Assembly (NCBI RefSeq): GCF_018977255.1
Contig: NW_024704742.1
Span: 128,838,001 to 128,902,000 of the forward strand
Direction of reading: 5' to 3'
Origin: Callorhinchus milii
Lineage: Eukaryota
Length of the DNA stretch: 64,000 nucleotides
Positions within the stretch are counted from its first letter, which is position 1, and every line of letters begins with the position of its first letter. Positions 12,312 through 23,929 of this stretch are shown here, piece after piece. The translations under genes were made by a program, and so were the position numbers. The notes below the pieces were generated by a model. It was not told the DNA's origin and did no database searches. It saw nothing but the letters and a program-made list of their open reading frames with translations.

Positions 12312-13150
12312 CCGTCTTGGCTCCCGTCAGCGCTTCCATACCTCAAGCGCTGACAGCAACACTATCTATGGATGCACACTCCACCTTACTAAGCCAGTCC
12401 AGAACCTTGGCATCTTGTTTGACCCTCAACTATCCTTTCTACCCCACCTCCATGCCAAGACCCGCTCTGCCTTCTCCCACCTCCGCAACATTGCCCGGCT
12501 CCACCACTGTCTCACACCACAGGGCGCTGAAACCCTCATACGTGCAATCATAATATTAAGGATTGACTATGCAAACTCCTTCCTTGTCAACCTCCCCAAC
12601 TCCTCCCTCCACAGGCTGCAGATCAGCCAGAAATCTGCAGCCTGTGTCCTCTCCCGCACCAGGCTCTATGACACTATCACCCCCATCTTCGCCCGACTCC
12701 ACTGGCTTCCCATCACACAGAGGATAAGTTCAAGATCCTGGTCCTCGCTTTCAAAGCCCTCCATGGTCTTGCTCTCCCCTACCTCTGCAACCTCCTAATC
12801 CCCTACTATCCTGCACACTCCCTCCGCTCGGTTGGCTCCAGCCTGCTTCACATCCCCCGCCTTGCCCACCCCACCATTGGCGGGGTGGCCTTCTGCCACT
12901 CTGTCCCTACCCTCTGGAACTCCATCCCGCAGTTCCTCCACCTTGCCCCTTCCCTTGCCTCCTTGAAGACCCATCTCAAGATCCCCTCTTCAACCGTGCT
13001 TTCGATCACCCTCCTTGCCCCCACTGCCCTCCACTATCCCCAATCCTGACCCCCCAGGTATGTTCCGAAACACTGACTGTCCAGCACACATTGGGACGTC
13101 CTCCCGACATGAAAGACGCTATACAAATGTAATTTTGTTGTTGTTGTTGT
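12312..13150 (+). mobile_element. 5'-truncated L2 LINE (end of ORF2, 3' UTR, (TTG)n tail)
   Basis: ORF 12286-12798 contains VQNLGILFDPQLSFLPH...LRNIARL...AETLIRA....RIDYANS...ITPIFARLHWLP, typical L2 post-RT motifs; tail gggacgtcctcccgacatgaaagacgctatacaaatg(ttg)n. Confidence 0.9.
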
Positions 13151-15809
13151 AAACACAGCCAAGCAAAGAAAAATAGGTAGAAATTGAATATTTACTGCCT
13201 TGTACTCCATTGTTAAACTACCTTATTCCTGCGGAATTACATGAGGACATTTTGAACAGAGTAAATAGTAAACTCCCACACTAGCTCTCATGTACCACTT
13301 CAAGTTAAATCGAACCTTCACCTTTTACCCAGACAGTTATTTTACCCCAAGCTTAGCATACACAAGAATGTGCTTGCTGCAGTCAATATATCATCTGTAA
13401 TTGTATATTACAGATATAAATGCCTGTTTTATCGAGGAATTTTACTTGGTATAATTGTATGGAATATGACCTAACTGCTTTTAAAGCCCAAGCTTGACAT
13501 CACCTACCTCCCTCTTTTTGATTCATCTAATTTTCTCTCCCTTGTCTCTCCAGTTTTCATGTGAACTGCACCATGAGCCTTCAATCAGTCTGTGTGTTTA
13601 CAAGGCTACTCTGAAAACACATGCAATTGAGAAAGTAAACTCCAAACAATTATTTGGGATACAGTGAGAGAGCAGAACAAGAGGACATAGGGTTGGGGCT
13701 GCAAAGCAGAATTTCAGGACAGACACCAGGTATATTTAGTTAACAAGGTAGGTCAGATAACCAGGAAGATTAGTTCAGGCCAGGCTGTTGAAAGATTCCG
13801 TAAAAAAACAGCTTGATGCTGTAATAGGAGGATGGTAAAGGTGGGTATTCTGGAAGGATGAGATAAAATGGACTGAATGGTCTTCTTCATCCAAAACTTT
13901 CTGGTGATCCTAACCTGCCACTTGAGATTCTTAATAAAGTAAAAATAAAGTTGGTTAATGCTGGGGTGAGAGTAGAATACAGTAAACTGAAAACTCATCA
14001 CTCCAAGGGAAAATGGCTCAGTGATGAGTTATCCGCAGATCTATCATTGGGATCAAAACAGAAGTCGCTGGGAACACTCAGTAGGTCAGGCAATATCTAT
14101 GGAGAGAGGAAAGAGAGTTAACTTTTCAGGTTGATGGTAAAAGCTTTGGGTCAGTTTGTAACTCTCTTGCCTCTTGTGTCAAAAGACTGTATGTTTAAGC
14201 TCTGGGTCAGTACTTGAGCTCGTAGTACTTGAGACTAAAAGTCCAGTGCAGTTCTACAGGAGCACTGAATTGTTGGAGGTGCCGTTTTTCAGATAAGATG
14301 CTAAACCAAAGCCCAACTATTTTCAAGTGAATGTTAAAAATTCTGTGACACTATTTCGAAGGAGAAGAAAGTTTCTCATAGCCAGCAATCCTGCAAAATA
14401 ACTGGGTCATTCATCTCTCTTGATCTTGAGTACTTGTGAAGCACTTTGAGATGTTTCAAAATGATAAGGTTGCTAACAAAAATGCAGATTCTAAAGAATG
14501 CCAATTTTTTTTTGGCTCAAAGGGTAGAAAACTTGTCTACACCTCCAATTCTTATTAAACAGCACGACAGACTGGTTGACTAGCAACAGTGGCCTGGATT
14601 ACTACATTGCGAGACGTGCATCCTTAGAGCTAGTTGAAACCTTACTTACCTTCCCCCAGACACATTGCTGGTGCAGAGTGGAAGGAGTTTTACTCCTTGT
14701 CTGACTGAGCTGTGTCTGTCTCAGAAGCGCTTATTACTGATGTTAGGTGTCTAAAACAGACATATATTCCATTTCCCAGTATTAGTGTCTCAGCTGACTT
14801 TCTAATGGAATGTGGAGGGGGGGAGTGGGGAGAGGGTGCCATCCTCAGACAAGACACTAAACAGACATCAAGTCTGCAATTCAAGTGAACATTAAAAAGG
14901 TCATGGCACTATTCAACACCATACAGGAGTTTCTCCCAGTGTCCTGACCAACAATCCTCCAGATGAAATGGGTTATTCACTTCATGGCTATTTGTGAGAG
15001 ATTGTTATGTGCAAATATACTGCACAAGCACTACATTCCGCAGTTATTCCTGTAAAGCACTTTGAGATGTCTCAATATACGTGCATAGCGGACATTTAAT
15101 ATGAAAGTTACTTTCTTGCATGATATGATTATTCAAATTTGGCAGTAGTAATATCGCCTAATAATATTACAAGTGTTATTATTATTACTATTAATATCAC
15201 TCACCTTGATGAGTGCAGAGTTCAACAATAACAAAAATACTCTCTTACGAATCATCGAATATTATCAGAATAATCCTTGCATTTAATATAGTAACGATTA
15301 TATTTATTATAATATTCGATGATCTGTAACAGATTTATCTTTTTATCACGTTATTGAGACGTCTCAAAACCCTTCACAGAATTATACTGTACATTTTGTG
15401 GGCGGAACAAATATTGCATAGTAATCCTCTCTGAGCTACTTTTGGATGTAACTAAGACAACAAAGTATAAACAGTGTGCAATCTTATATACAAGAGCAAC
15501 AGTCGGTAGGTGGATAATTATGGGCTTTGTGGAGCTTGAAAGCTCACACAGCAATTGGTGGCTGAATGTCAATAACTTGATGAAACTGGAGCATGTGCAG
15601 TGGAGTACGGTGGGTGTGAAATTCACTGATAAACACAACTACATGTGATTGAAAGTGAGCTTTGAAGAGGGTTTGGTTGAATTTCATCAATTTCTAATAG
15701 TTTAATATCCACGTCCATTCCAAGACTAGAAACGATGTCATCAGTGAAGTTAAAAACAAAATCCAATATTATTAAGCAATATTTCCATTAGATGGGTTTG
15801 AATAAATCA

Positions 15810-16158
15810 TATATTTTGGGGGTCAGCATGGTGTTTGACACATGCAGAAACCCATCACCATACTTAACAGTTTCCAAACCAAGCTGAGAATTTTATGTAT
15901 CCCATCTACACATGGAAATCCCAGAGATAGATTGTTGGAATGCACATTCTCTCCCTAGAGGGATGCATCTTGCTTTCTTGCTTACTTAATTCCGGAAAGT
16001 ATTAGGTGAAAGTTGACAAAAACAAAGGCTTATGGACTCCAGAGTGTGCATTGAGGTACTGCTAGAGTCTAACCAACTAAACTGCATAGCTTGCCATTGA
16101 GAGAGCACTGCCTGCCAAGCTATCACTACTTGTTAGGGCTTTAACTTGCGGGGTTAAA
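15810..16158. repeat. Interspersed repeat of unassigned family, copy 2
   Basis: Same-orientation diverged copy of 4555-4940; ends in gggttaa. Confidence 0.8.
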
Positions 16159-17231
16159 AGGAGCTAAATGGAATGACTCTCGGGCCCTAGTGACTGCCCT
16201 TCCAAGTCCTGCCGATGAGTCAGATTGGCTGTGCTGTCATCAGCAGTGCCCTGGAATACTGTGGACCAGCCTAGCTCAGGAACCAGACACAAAAACTGCC
16301 ATAGAGGGCTGGTTTGATTCTGACACTCTCTTGTCAAGCATGCCAACTTGGAGCCAGTTCCCCGCCCACCTGCAATAAATACACAGTAATTCGATTCCCG
16401 GGTTCTTCCGAGGTCTCTGATCCTCAGTCCAGTTTACATTTGCAAATGGATGGCATGCAGCCTGTCACTGAGCAGCATCTCATTAAACTCAAGAGCTTTG
16501 TGTTAATAGCAGGAGTTTCCTTTAATCCTCATCTGATTTCAATCAGAGGCATCTGTGCCACTCTCAAACTTATCTGTCCTTAAATCTGCCTTAAACAGAC
16601 TGGTCCTTGAATTAGTTACAAGAACTGCAGTAAAACATGCATTTTTAATCAGAAGCATCATCTTGTGCTTAGTGTGAAAGAGTACGGGGCTGAGGAATGG
16701 AACATTTATTTTTGATTACTTTCTAATTGAACTTTAAATACGCTCTGCACTTTGTTTTTCCTACGTCGCTCACCATCCTGTTTAGATCTGCCTTGACACG
16801 CACAGCTTTAGATCAGTCCCTAACTTGTTAAATAACAGACTTCAAAACTGGTTTTCAAGCCAACCAAGAACTGAGCAGCATCAAGAGTTGACCTGGTCAT
16901 GTCACTGGAACAAGTAGGGTCAACCCTTGCTGTGAAAATAGAACTGGCATCGTTAGAGAGGCCAGCACATCTGAAATGAGTTCTGTTCCCCTTCTTACAT
17001 TGATGAGAACTTTAAAACCCAGTCTGAATTTGAAATAGCACATAACTCATATATCTGGCAGTTTCACAACACAGTGTCTAATAAATGGTTTAGATTTGGA
17101 CATTAAAAGAAATCTATGTAATCGGCATTAGGTTGCGTGAAAGGCGCTACACAAAATGTAATTTTGTTGTTATATGGAAACCGGCATTTTCAATGATTTA
17201 GACGTTGAATAACCTTTATATGCATTGCATT

Positions 17232-17490
17232 AACAACAAATTACATTTATATAGCACCCCTCATTCATGCAGGGTAGCGACCCAGAGTGCTTAACAGTGA
17301 CGGAACGCGACACAAAGGAGGGGGGAGGTGACCAGAAACACAGTTGAAGAGGAAGGTCTTTAGGCTGGGCTTGAAGATGAGGAAGGAGGTGGCAAGGTGG
17401 AAGGATTGAGGGAAAGCATTCCAGAATTTCGGGGCGATGTGGCTGAAAGTGTGGCCACCAATACTGGAACGGAGGGCACAAGGGCCATTA
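17232..17490 (-). mobile_element. L2 3' end fragment, second tail type
   Basis: L2 terminal motif (APKFWNAFPQSF...FKPSLKTFLF) and tail ctgggtcgctaccctgcatg...gctatataaatgtaatttgttg; relatives at 32560-32750, 35385-35570, 38040-38150. Confidence 0.75.
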
Positions 17491-17889
17491 TATTGTGTTC
17501 CCTTTTCTTGGTCAATCCCTTGTACCAAGAGTATTTTGTCATTCCCTCAGTAATATAGACACACTGCATCAGAGACTGCTCACAATAAGTTAGGAAGATA
17601 AGGATCAGCCTTAACTAAACAAGAAATGTTTTACAATTACTGAGACATTTGTGTACACTTTCTGCATAATGCAAAGATTTCAGTTTAAGAGGTAATGGAG
17701 ACTTTGAAGGGGAAGAACAAGATCAAATGGGCAGAAGGGTTTTCTTCATCCGAACTCAGTGAATTATAATATATTTTTTAATATTTTATATTATTAAATA
17801 TATTACAATTTACAATATATTTTGTGAAGCGCTTTGAGATGTCTCAATGATGTGATAAGGCACTATATCAAATGCAAAGATTATTATTC

Positions 17890-18351
17890 AGCCTAACGTA
17901 TGAGGATAGGCTGAATAAACTAGGGCTATATTCTCTAGAGTACAGAAGAATTAGGAGAGATCTTATTGAAACATATAAGATTCTTAAAGGGCTGGATAAA
18001 GTAGACACAGAGGGACTGTTTCCCCTGGTAGGAGAAGCTATAACCAGGAGTCACAGTCTTCAAATTAAGGGTCAGCCTTTTAGAACAGAGTTGTGGAAAC
18101 ATTTCTTCACTCAGAGGGTAGTGAATTTATGGAATTCACTATCCCAGAAGGCTGTAGATGCTCAGTCCTTGAACATCTTCAAGGTTGAGACGGATCAATT
18201 TTTAAAAAATAAAGGGATTAGAGGATATGGGGATAGGACAGGTAATTAGAGTTAGGTCTGAAGATCAGCCATAATCTTATCGAATGGCGGGGCAGGCTCA
18301 AGGGGATGAATGGCCTACTCCTGCTCCTAATTCTTATGTTCTTATGTTCTT
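17890..18351 (+). mobile_element. CR1 LINE 3' fragment
   Basis: YEDRLNKLGLYSLEYRRIRRDLIETYKILKG...[13 protein letters not shown] is the canonical CR1 ORF2 C-terminus; (TTCTTATG)n tail. Confidence 0.92.
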
Positions 18352-19062
18352 ATATTATAATTATAATTACAGAATTAAACAGAAAAAACTGTGAACGACT
18401 GAAATTAAAACAGATAAATCCACGCAAAAAAATCTCCTTCAGATGCTTGTTTTTGCAGCATTTCAAAACGAATGGCAGTCATTTATATTGTGCAGTTAGA
18501 GATGTAATAATCTCCCAAGTTGTTAGCTCTAAGCCACTCAATCACTTTACCATTGGAATTTCATAGTTACTATTTTGATTCAAATATTGAGCATGAGCCA
18601 TGGGAATCTCATTTAAACCAGAGTTCAATGCTTCCATTCAGTATATGTAAGAGAATAAAAAAAGTGCTTACAGCTGAGTTCCTGACTAATTGTAATTTAC
18701 TTCCAGCGTCCACAACTTTGGATCTGCTCCCAGGTCAATATGAAGTTTTGGCACCCAATAAAGTCAATGAAGCTGCTCGGGTGTGCAAAGGTCATTCCTA
18801 TAATGTATGACAATAGAGTGGTTCAGAAGGGAAGCAGTAATGAAACTTTGTGCTCTCTGTAAAGGAACAAACAATTGACCCAACATTCTTTTAAAATTTT
18901 AAGGTACTGCCAAATTGTGGAAAATTCCTCAATTCAGTCTAGATTTGGAAGCCGATTTTGCTTATGAAGTGCGGAAAACAGGCTATGAAATTTAGATTGG
19001 ATTTAAGAAGTTTCCACAGTTCTGAGCCATCTTAAAGACAAAATTGTCTAGCAGGCTAAGAT

Positions 19063-19383
19063 TAATAATAATAATAATCCTTGCATTTGATATAGCGCTT
19101 TTCACGTCTTCTAGACGTCCCAAAGCGCTTCACAGAATATACTGTAAAGTGAATTGACTGTATATTTGTGGGTGAACGTGGCAGCCAATTGCGCATAGCA
19201 ATGTCTCACAGACAGTTGTGGATTGAAAATGTCCAATTTATTATTGTTTTGTTTTTTTGGAGGGATTATTATTAGGCGTGTGGAGTAAGGAAACTTGCCC
19301 AAGGTTTCGCCCTCTGCCTGGAGTTGAACTCAGGTCTCTCACTTGCAAAGCGAGTGCTCTAACCACTTAGCTACAGGACTCCA
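19063..19383 (-). mobile_element. Young tRNA(Ala)-like-head SINE, full length
   Basis: Reverse-complement near-copy of 23383-23711. Confidence 0.92.
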
Positions 19384-22300
19384 ATTAAGTGGAAATTCAG
19401 CCACAATGTGTAAAATCGAAGACTTCCAGTATTACATATTGTCAGCACACGTTTGCTTTTAAATGAACTGGTAGAAAGAGCACATTGAATAGGAAATACT
19501 CGCTCTTTTCTTTCTCCTTGGGGTTTTGATTGCATATTGCATACTTCAGATATCCTTGTTATATTGGTTGTTTGGTTGATATTGTTAAGAAGGAATCTTT
19601 CTGGGCATCACAACTTAGTTGGTGATGGCACTTCATTTACAGTGTGATTGTTCCTTCACACTTAATAAATTCCCAGCATTTCCGTCAGCTTGCTGCTGAC
19701 TGAAAAAATAATTCATTTCAAAGGGTCAAGTGACATATTTCCACTCGTTAAGCTGATTAAATGCATTCAGTCGGAGCTGCTTGGCTTAGTTTAGTTTGCT
19801 AGTGCAGTGTTATGTCACTCATGAAAACAAGAAATTATGTGCTGTCAGAAATAATAATCCTTGAATTTGCTATAGTGCCTATAATGTCAAAAGGTCTCAA
19901 AGTGCTTCTTAGGAATTTTAATGAAAATAATCCTTGCACTTGATATACTGCCCATAACGTTGAAATGTCTCCACATTTCGCAGGTAATTGTTGGGAAGAA
20001 CAGTGGTTGTGTGTTTGCACGGAAATGTGGCAGTTGATTTGCACACAGCAAGATCCCACAAGTAACCCTCCAATGAATCATCTGAACACTCACATTTTGC
20101 AAAATTCAGTCTGTTAATTTGCCTCTTGTCTGAACAAGGTCCTGCAGACTTCGCTGGCTCTAACAACTACACATTATAGTACACAACAACAGCAACATAT
20201 ATTTATTTAGTGGTTTTCTTGCAAGACAGCGTCTCGGGGAGCTTAATAGTGGCGGAGCCTGATGCCAAGTCAGAGGGAGGGAGTAGGTGGCCATAAGCAC
20301 AGTCAAAGGGTAAGGTCTTCAGTCGTGATCTAAAGGAGGGGAAGGAGGGAGCAAAGACAGTTAGAACTGAGGTCAGGAAGTATTTCTTCACATAGAAGGA
20401 TTTGTGAAGATGTGGAACACTCTGCCTCTGCCTGTTTTCCTGTAGTACTACATAACGGTTCCCTCAATGGATCCATTCACCTTCTTAAGTGGAAACCTGA
20501 AGCTTCACCTTTGGCCAACTTTTCAGATAAGGGGAAGAACACATTTCAATGTTGAACAATTATTAGATTAGAACAAATAGCTTGAATGGGGAAGGTAGCA
20601 CCAGCACAAACCCAATGGGCAAAATGGCCTTCTTCAGTCCTGTAAACTTTCTAAGACACTATCTGACCAACTCGATTTGGATGCCAAGGTGTTTATGCAT
20701 TGGCAAGAATGCAGGACAAGCTAGAGAACTAATATGACATCCGCATTTTCTCAGTAAGTATGCAAAACAACCCAGAGGAGGATAGAATTCAGATGAGGAA
20801 ATCAGAGGAGACTGCAGGGATTCATAGTAATCTGCCATAGTTCTGGTCACTTCTGCAAGATCAGAAACATTGGGTGAAGCTATAATGATATTGTTTCTCC
20901 TTGTCAAATGAGATCCAGATGCCTGGCCCCCTCAAGAAATTGTAAATCGGCTGAAGTTTGCATTTGGTGATGACAAATTATGTAAATGCTTCATATTCCA
21001 ATACTTGGTTGTTTTAGTTCAACAAAAAAGGACTAAAGAAAGAATAAACAAAACCATTCACAAAGTGACAGTCAGTTAGAGGACAAGTTAAAGCTAAATT
21101 ACTTTTAAGAGACAGAAAAATAGGATAGAATCAAAGCACACAAAAAACAGACAAGTGTGAATAAAATAAAAACATATTTGTCTTTATATGTTGAAACACA
21201 AAACATTTATGGAGGGGAAAATAAGTGCTGGTTAGGTTTTGCAATTGATGAGATACCTTTGTTAAGTAACAATTGCCTTTGCGAATTATTTTTTATATGA
21301 GAGGCTATATTGTTTCAATGAAAAGTATAAAAAAGGAGTAAAATAACGGTTTACTGAAACCAAGGACTGTATATTCCAGTGCCTGCCAAGGGAAGGGAAT
21401 GGGTAAGTTGATAGCCCGCCTCAAGATTTACCTCTTTGAATGTGCTTTTGGTCATCTTTCCCCTCCCCAGCCAGCAGTGTAAGGTGCTTTAAAATTCTAA
21501 ATGAAAGAGGACCAAGGTCCATCCAGTTTGCCTTCCACCATCCTGGTAGTCGCATGCACATGTCATGTCCCAAACGATATACTGTATCCCAAGATACCCA
21601 AGTGTCAACCCACAGCCACAGAGGGTTCAGAAGGAGAGTGAGTGGGTGACCACCCAGCATGGTAGGAAGAGGGGACAGGCAGTGCAGAAATGCCCTGAGA
21701 GTGTGGCACTCACAAACCGGTTCTCTGTATTGAATACCAGTCAGGGTGACGACACCTCTGTGGAGTGGAGTCAACAACAACAACAACAGTGGAGTCAAAA
21801 GCAAATGGAAACAGGGAACAATTATTAGAATGTCAATGCAGTTGGCATTGGGGACATAATAGTGAAAGGAGTAGACAGGTGTTTCTGCAAAAAAAGACCA
21901 TGGTATGTTGCTTCCTGGTGCCAAGGTTGAAGACATCACGGAACAGGAGTAAAATGTTCCACAGTGGGAAGAGGAACAACCAGAAGTCGTGATCCATGTT
22001 GGGATCCATGAAAGAGGGAGAAAAAGGGCTGAGATCCTACAGGGAGAGTATCAGAAGCTAGAGAAAAAGCTAAAGAGTAGGACAACAAATGGGGTGATCT
22101 CTGGATTACACCCAGTGCCTCGTGCAAGTGAGTATCAAAACAGCAGGATCAAACAAATGAATGTATGACTGGAAAAATGGTGCAGAAAAGAGGGCTTCAG
22201 GTTCCTGAATCATTGGGACCAGTTCTGGGACAGGTGGGACATGTACAAGGTGGATGGGTTACACCTGAACAGGGCTGGGACAAATCTCCTCATAGGGAGG

Positions 22301-23382
22301 TTAACTAGTGCTGTGGGGAAGGGTTTAAACTAATTTTGATGGGGGAAGGGAATCAGGATGCAGCATTAGAGAGGATAAGCAAGTTACATAGAGGGCTGCA
22401 AGAGACGAATAGCAATGTAATAAGGAGTAGTCCAGAAAAAGGGATTAGACGGGGGAGAAATACAAAACAGACTAAGTCGGGCTTGGAGTATATGTATGTA
22501 AATGCATGGAGTGTGACAAATAAGATTGGTGAGCTACAGGCTCAAGTTGCCACATGTAGTTATGATGTAGTGGAAATAACGGAGACCTGGCTCAAACAAG
22601 GACAGGAATGGGAGCTGAATATTACTGGCTACAATGTATTCAGGAGGGATAGGGAAGGAAAAAAAAGAGGGCGGGGTGGCAATATTGATTAAAGACACAG
22701 TTACGGCCCTGGAAAGGGACGGTGAGCTAGAGAGTTCAAAAATAGAATCTATTTGATTAGAGTTAAGGAGCAGAAAAGGAGCTGTTACTCGATTAGGTGT
22801 GTACTATAGGCCACCAAAGAGTGGGAAGCAGAAAGACAAGCAAATCTGCAAGCAGATTTCAGAAAGATGCACAACCAATAGAGTAGTCATAATGGGGGAC
22901 TTCAATTATCCTAACATAGACTGGCAAAATAACAGTGTAAAGGGCAAGGAGGGGGAAGGATGTCTGAAATGTGTGCAGGATAACTTTCTGGATCTGTATG
23001 TTTCCAGTCCAACGAGAAAGGAAGCAGTGCTGGATCTAGTACTGGGGAATGAAGTGGAGCAGGTTTCAGTAGGAGAGCATCTGGACAACGATGATCACAA
23101 CATCAATTTTTCAATCCTCCTTGGACACCGGGGTGGTGCCAGGGGACTGGAGGGTTGCAAATGTTATTCCCCTGTATATAAAGGGGCAGAAGGATAAACC
23201 CAGGAACTATAGGCCAGTCAGCCAAATGTTAGTAGTAGGGAAACTTCTAGGGACTATAATGGATTAATAAATGACAGCCAACAAGGATTTGTTAAAGGCA
23301 AATCATGTCCAACAAACTTGATAAGAGTTTTTTGATGAAGTAGTGGAGAGGGTGGATGAAGGTAGTGCAGTTGATGTAGTTT

Positions 23383-23711
23383 GTGGAGTCCTGTAGCTCA
23401 GTGGTTAGAGCACTCGCTTTGCAAGCGAGAGACCTGAGTTCAATTCCAGGCAGGGCGAAACCTTGGGCAAGTTTCCTTACTCCACACGCCTAATAATAAT
23501 CCCTCCAAAACCCAAAACAATAATAAAATTGGTCATTTTCAATCTACGACTGTTTGTGGGACATTGCTGTGCGCAATTGGCTGCCGCGTTCGCCCACAAA
23601 TATACAGTCAATTCACTTTACAGTATATTCTGTGAAGCGCTTTGGGACGTCCTCCCGACGTGAAAAGCGCTATATCAAATGCAAGGATTATTATTATTAT
23701 TATTATTATTT
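23383..23711 (+). mobile_element. Young tRNA(Ala)-like-head SINE, full length, inserted in the CR1 RT region
   Basis: A box TAGCTCAGTGG, anticodon-like arm CTCGC-TTTGCAA-GCGAG, B-box-like GAGTTCAATTC, partial Deu-like core, L2-like 3' hairpin and (ATT)n tail. It splits the CR1 sequence gatgtagtt|tatatggat. Confidence 0.93.
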
Positions 23712-23856
23712 ATATGGATTCTCAAAAGGCGTTTGTTAAAGTGCCACATAAGAGACTTGTAAGCAAAATAGAAGCCTGCGGTATTAAAGGGATAGTGGCA
23801 GCATGGATACAGAAATGGCTGGGAGACAGACAGCCGAGAATGGTGGTGAATAGTTT

Positions 23857-23929
23857 CAGCGCCTTGGGACGTCCTCCCGACTTGAAAGGCGCTCTATAAA
23901 TGGAATCTTGTTGTTGTTGTTGTTGTTGT
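23857..23929 (+). mobile_element. Extremely 5'-truncated L2 tail inserted in CR1
   Basis: gccttgggacgtcctcccgacttgaaaggcgctctataaatggaatc(ttg)n matches the tail of the L2 at 29916-30581; CR1 sequence resumes after it. A similar stub lies at ~4290-4337. Confidence 0.8.

Noticed and set aside
23383..23455. tRNA-Ala(TGC)-like sequence (also at ~19310-19383, ~39655-39727, ~62660-62732)
   Set aside because: The anticodon arm and A/B boxes are present, but the acceptor and T stems do not pair properly and each copy continues into a SINE body. These are SINE heads, not tRNA genes.
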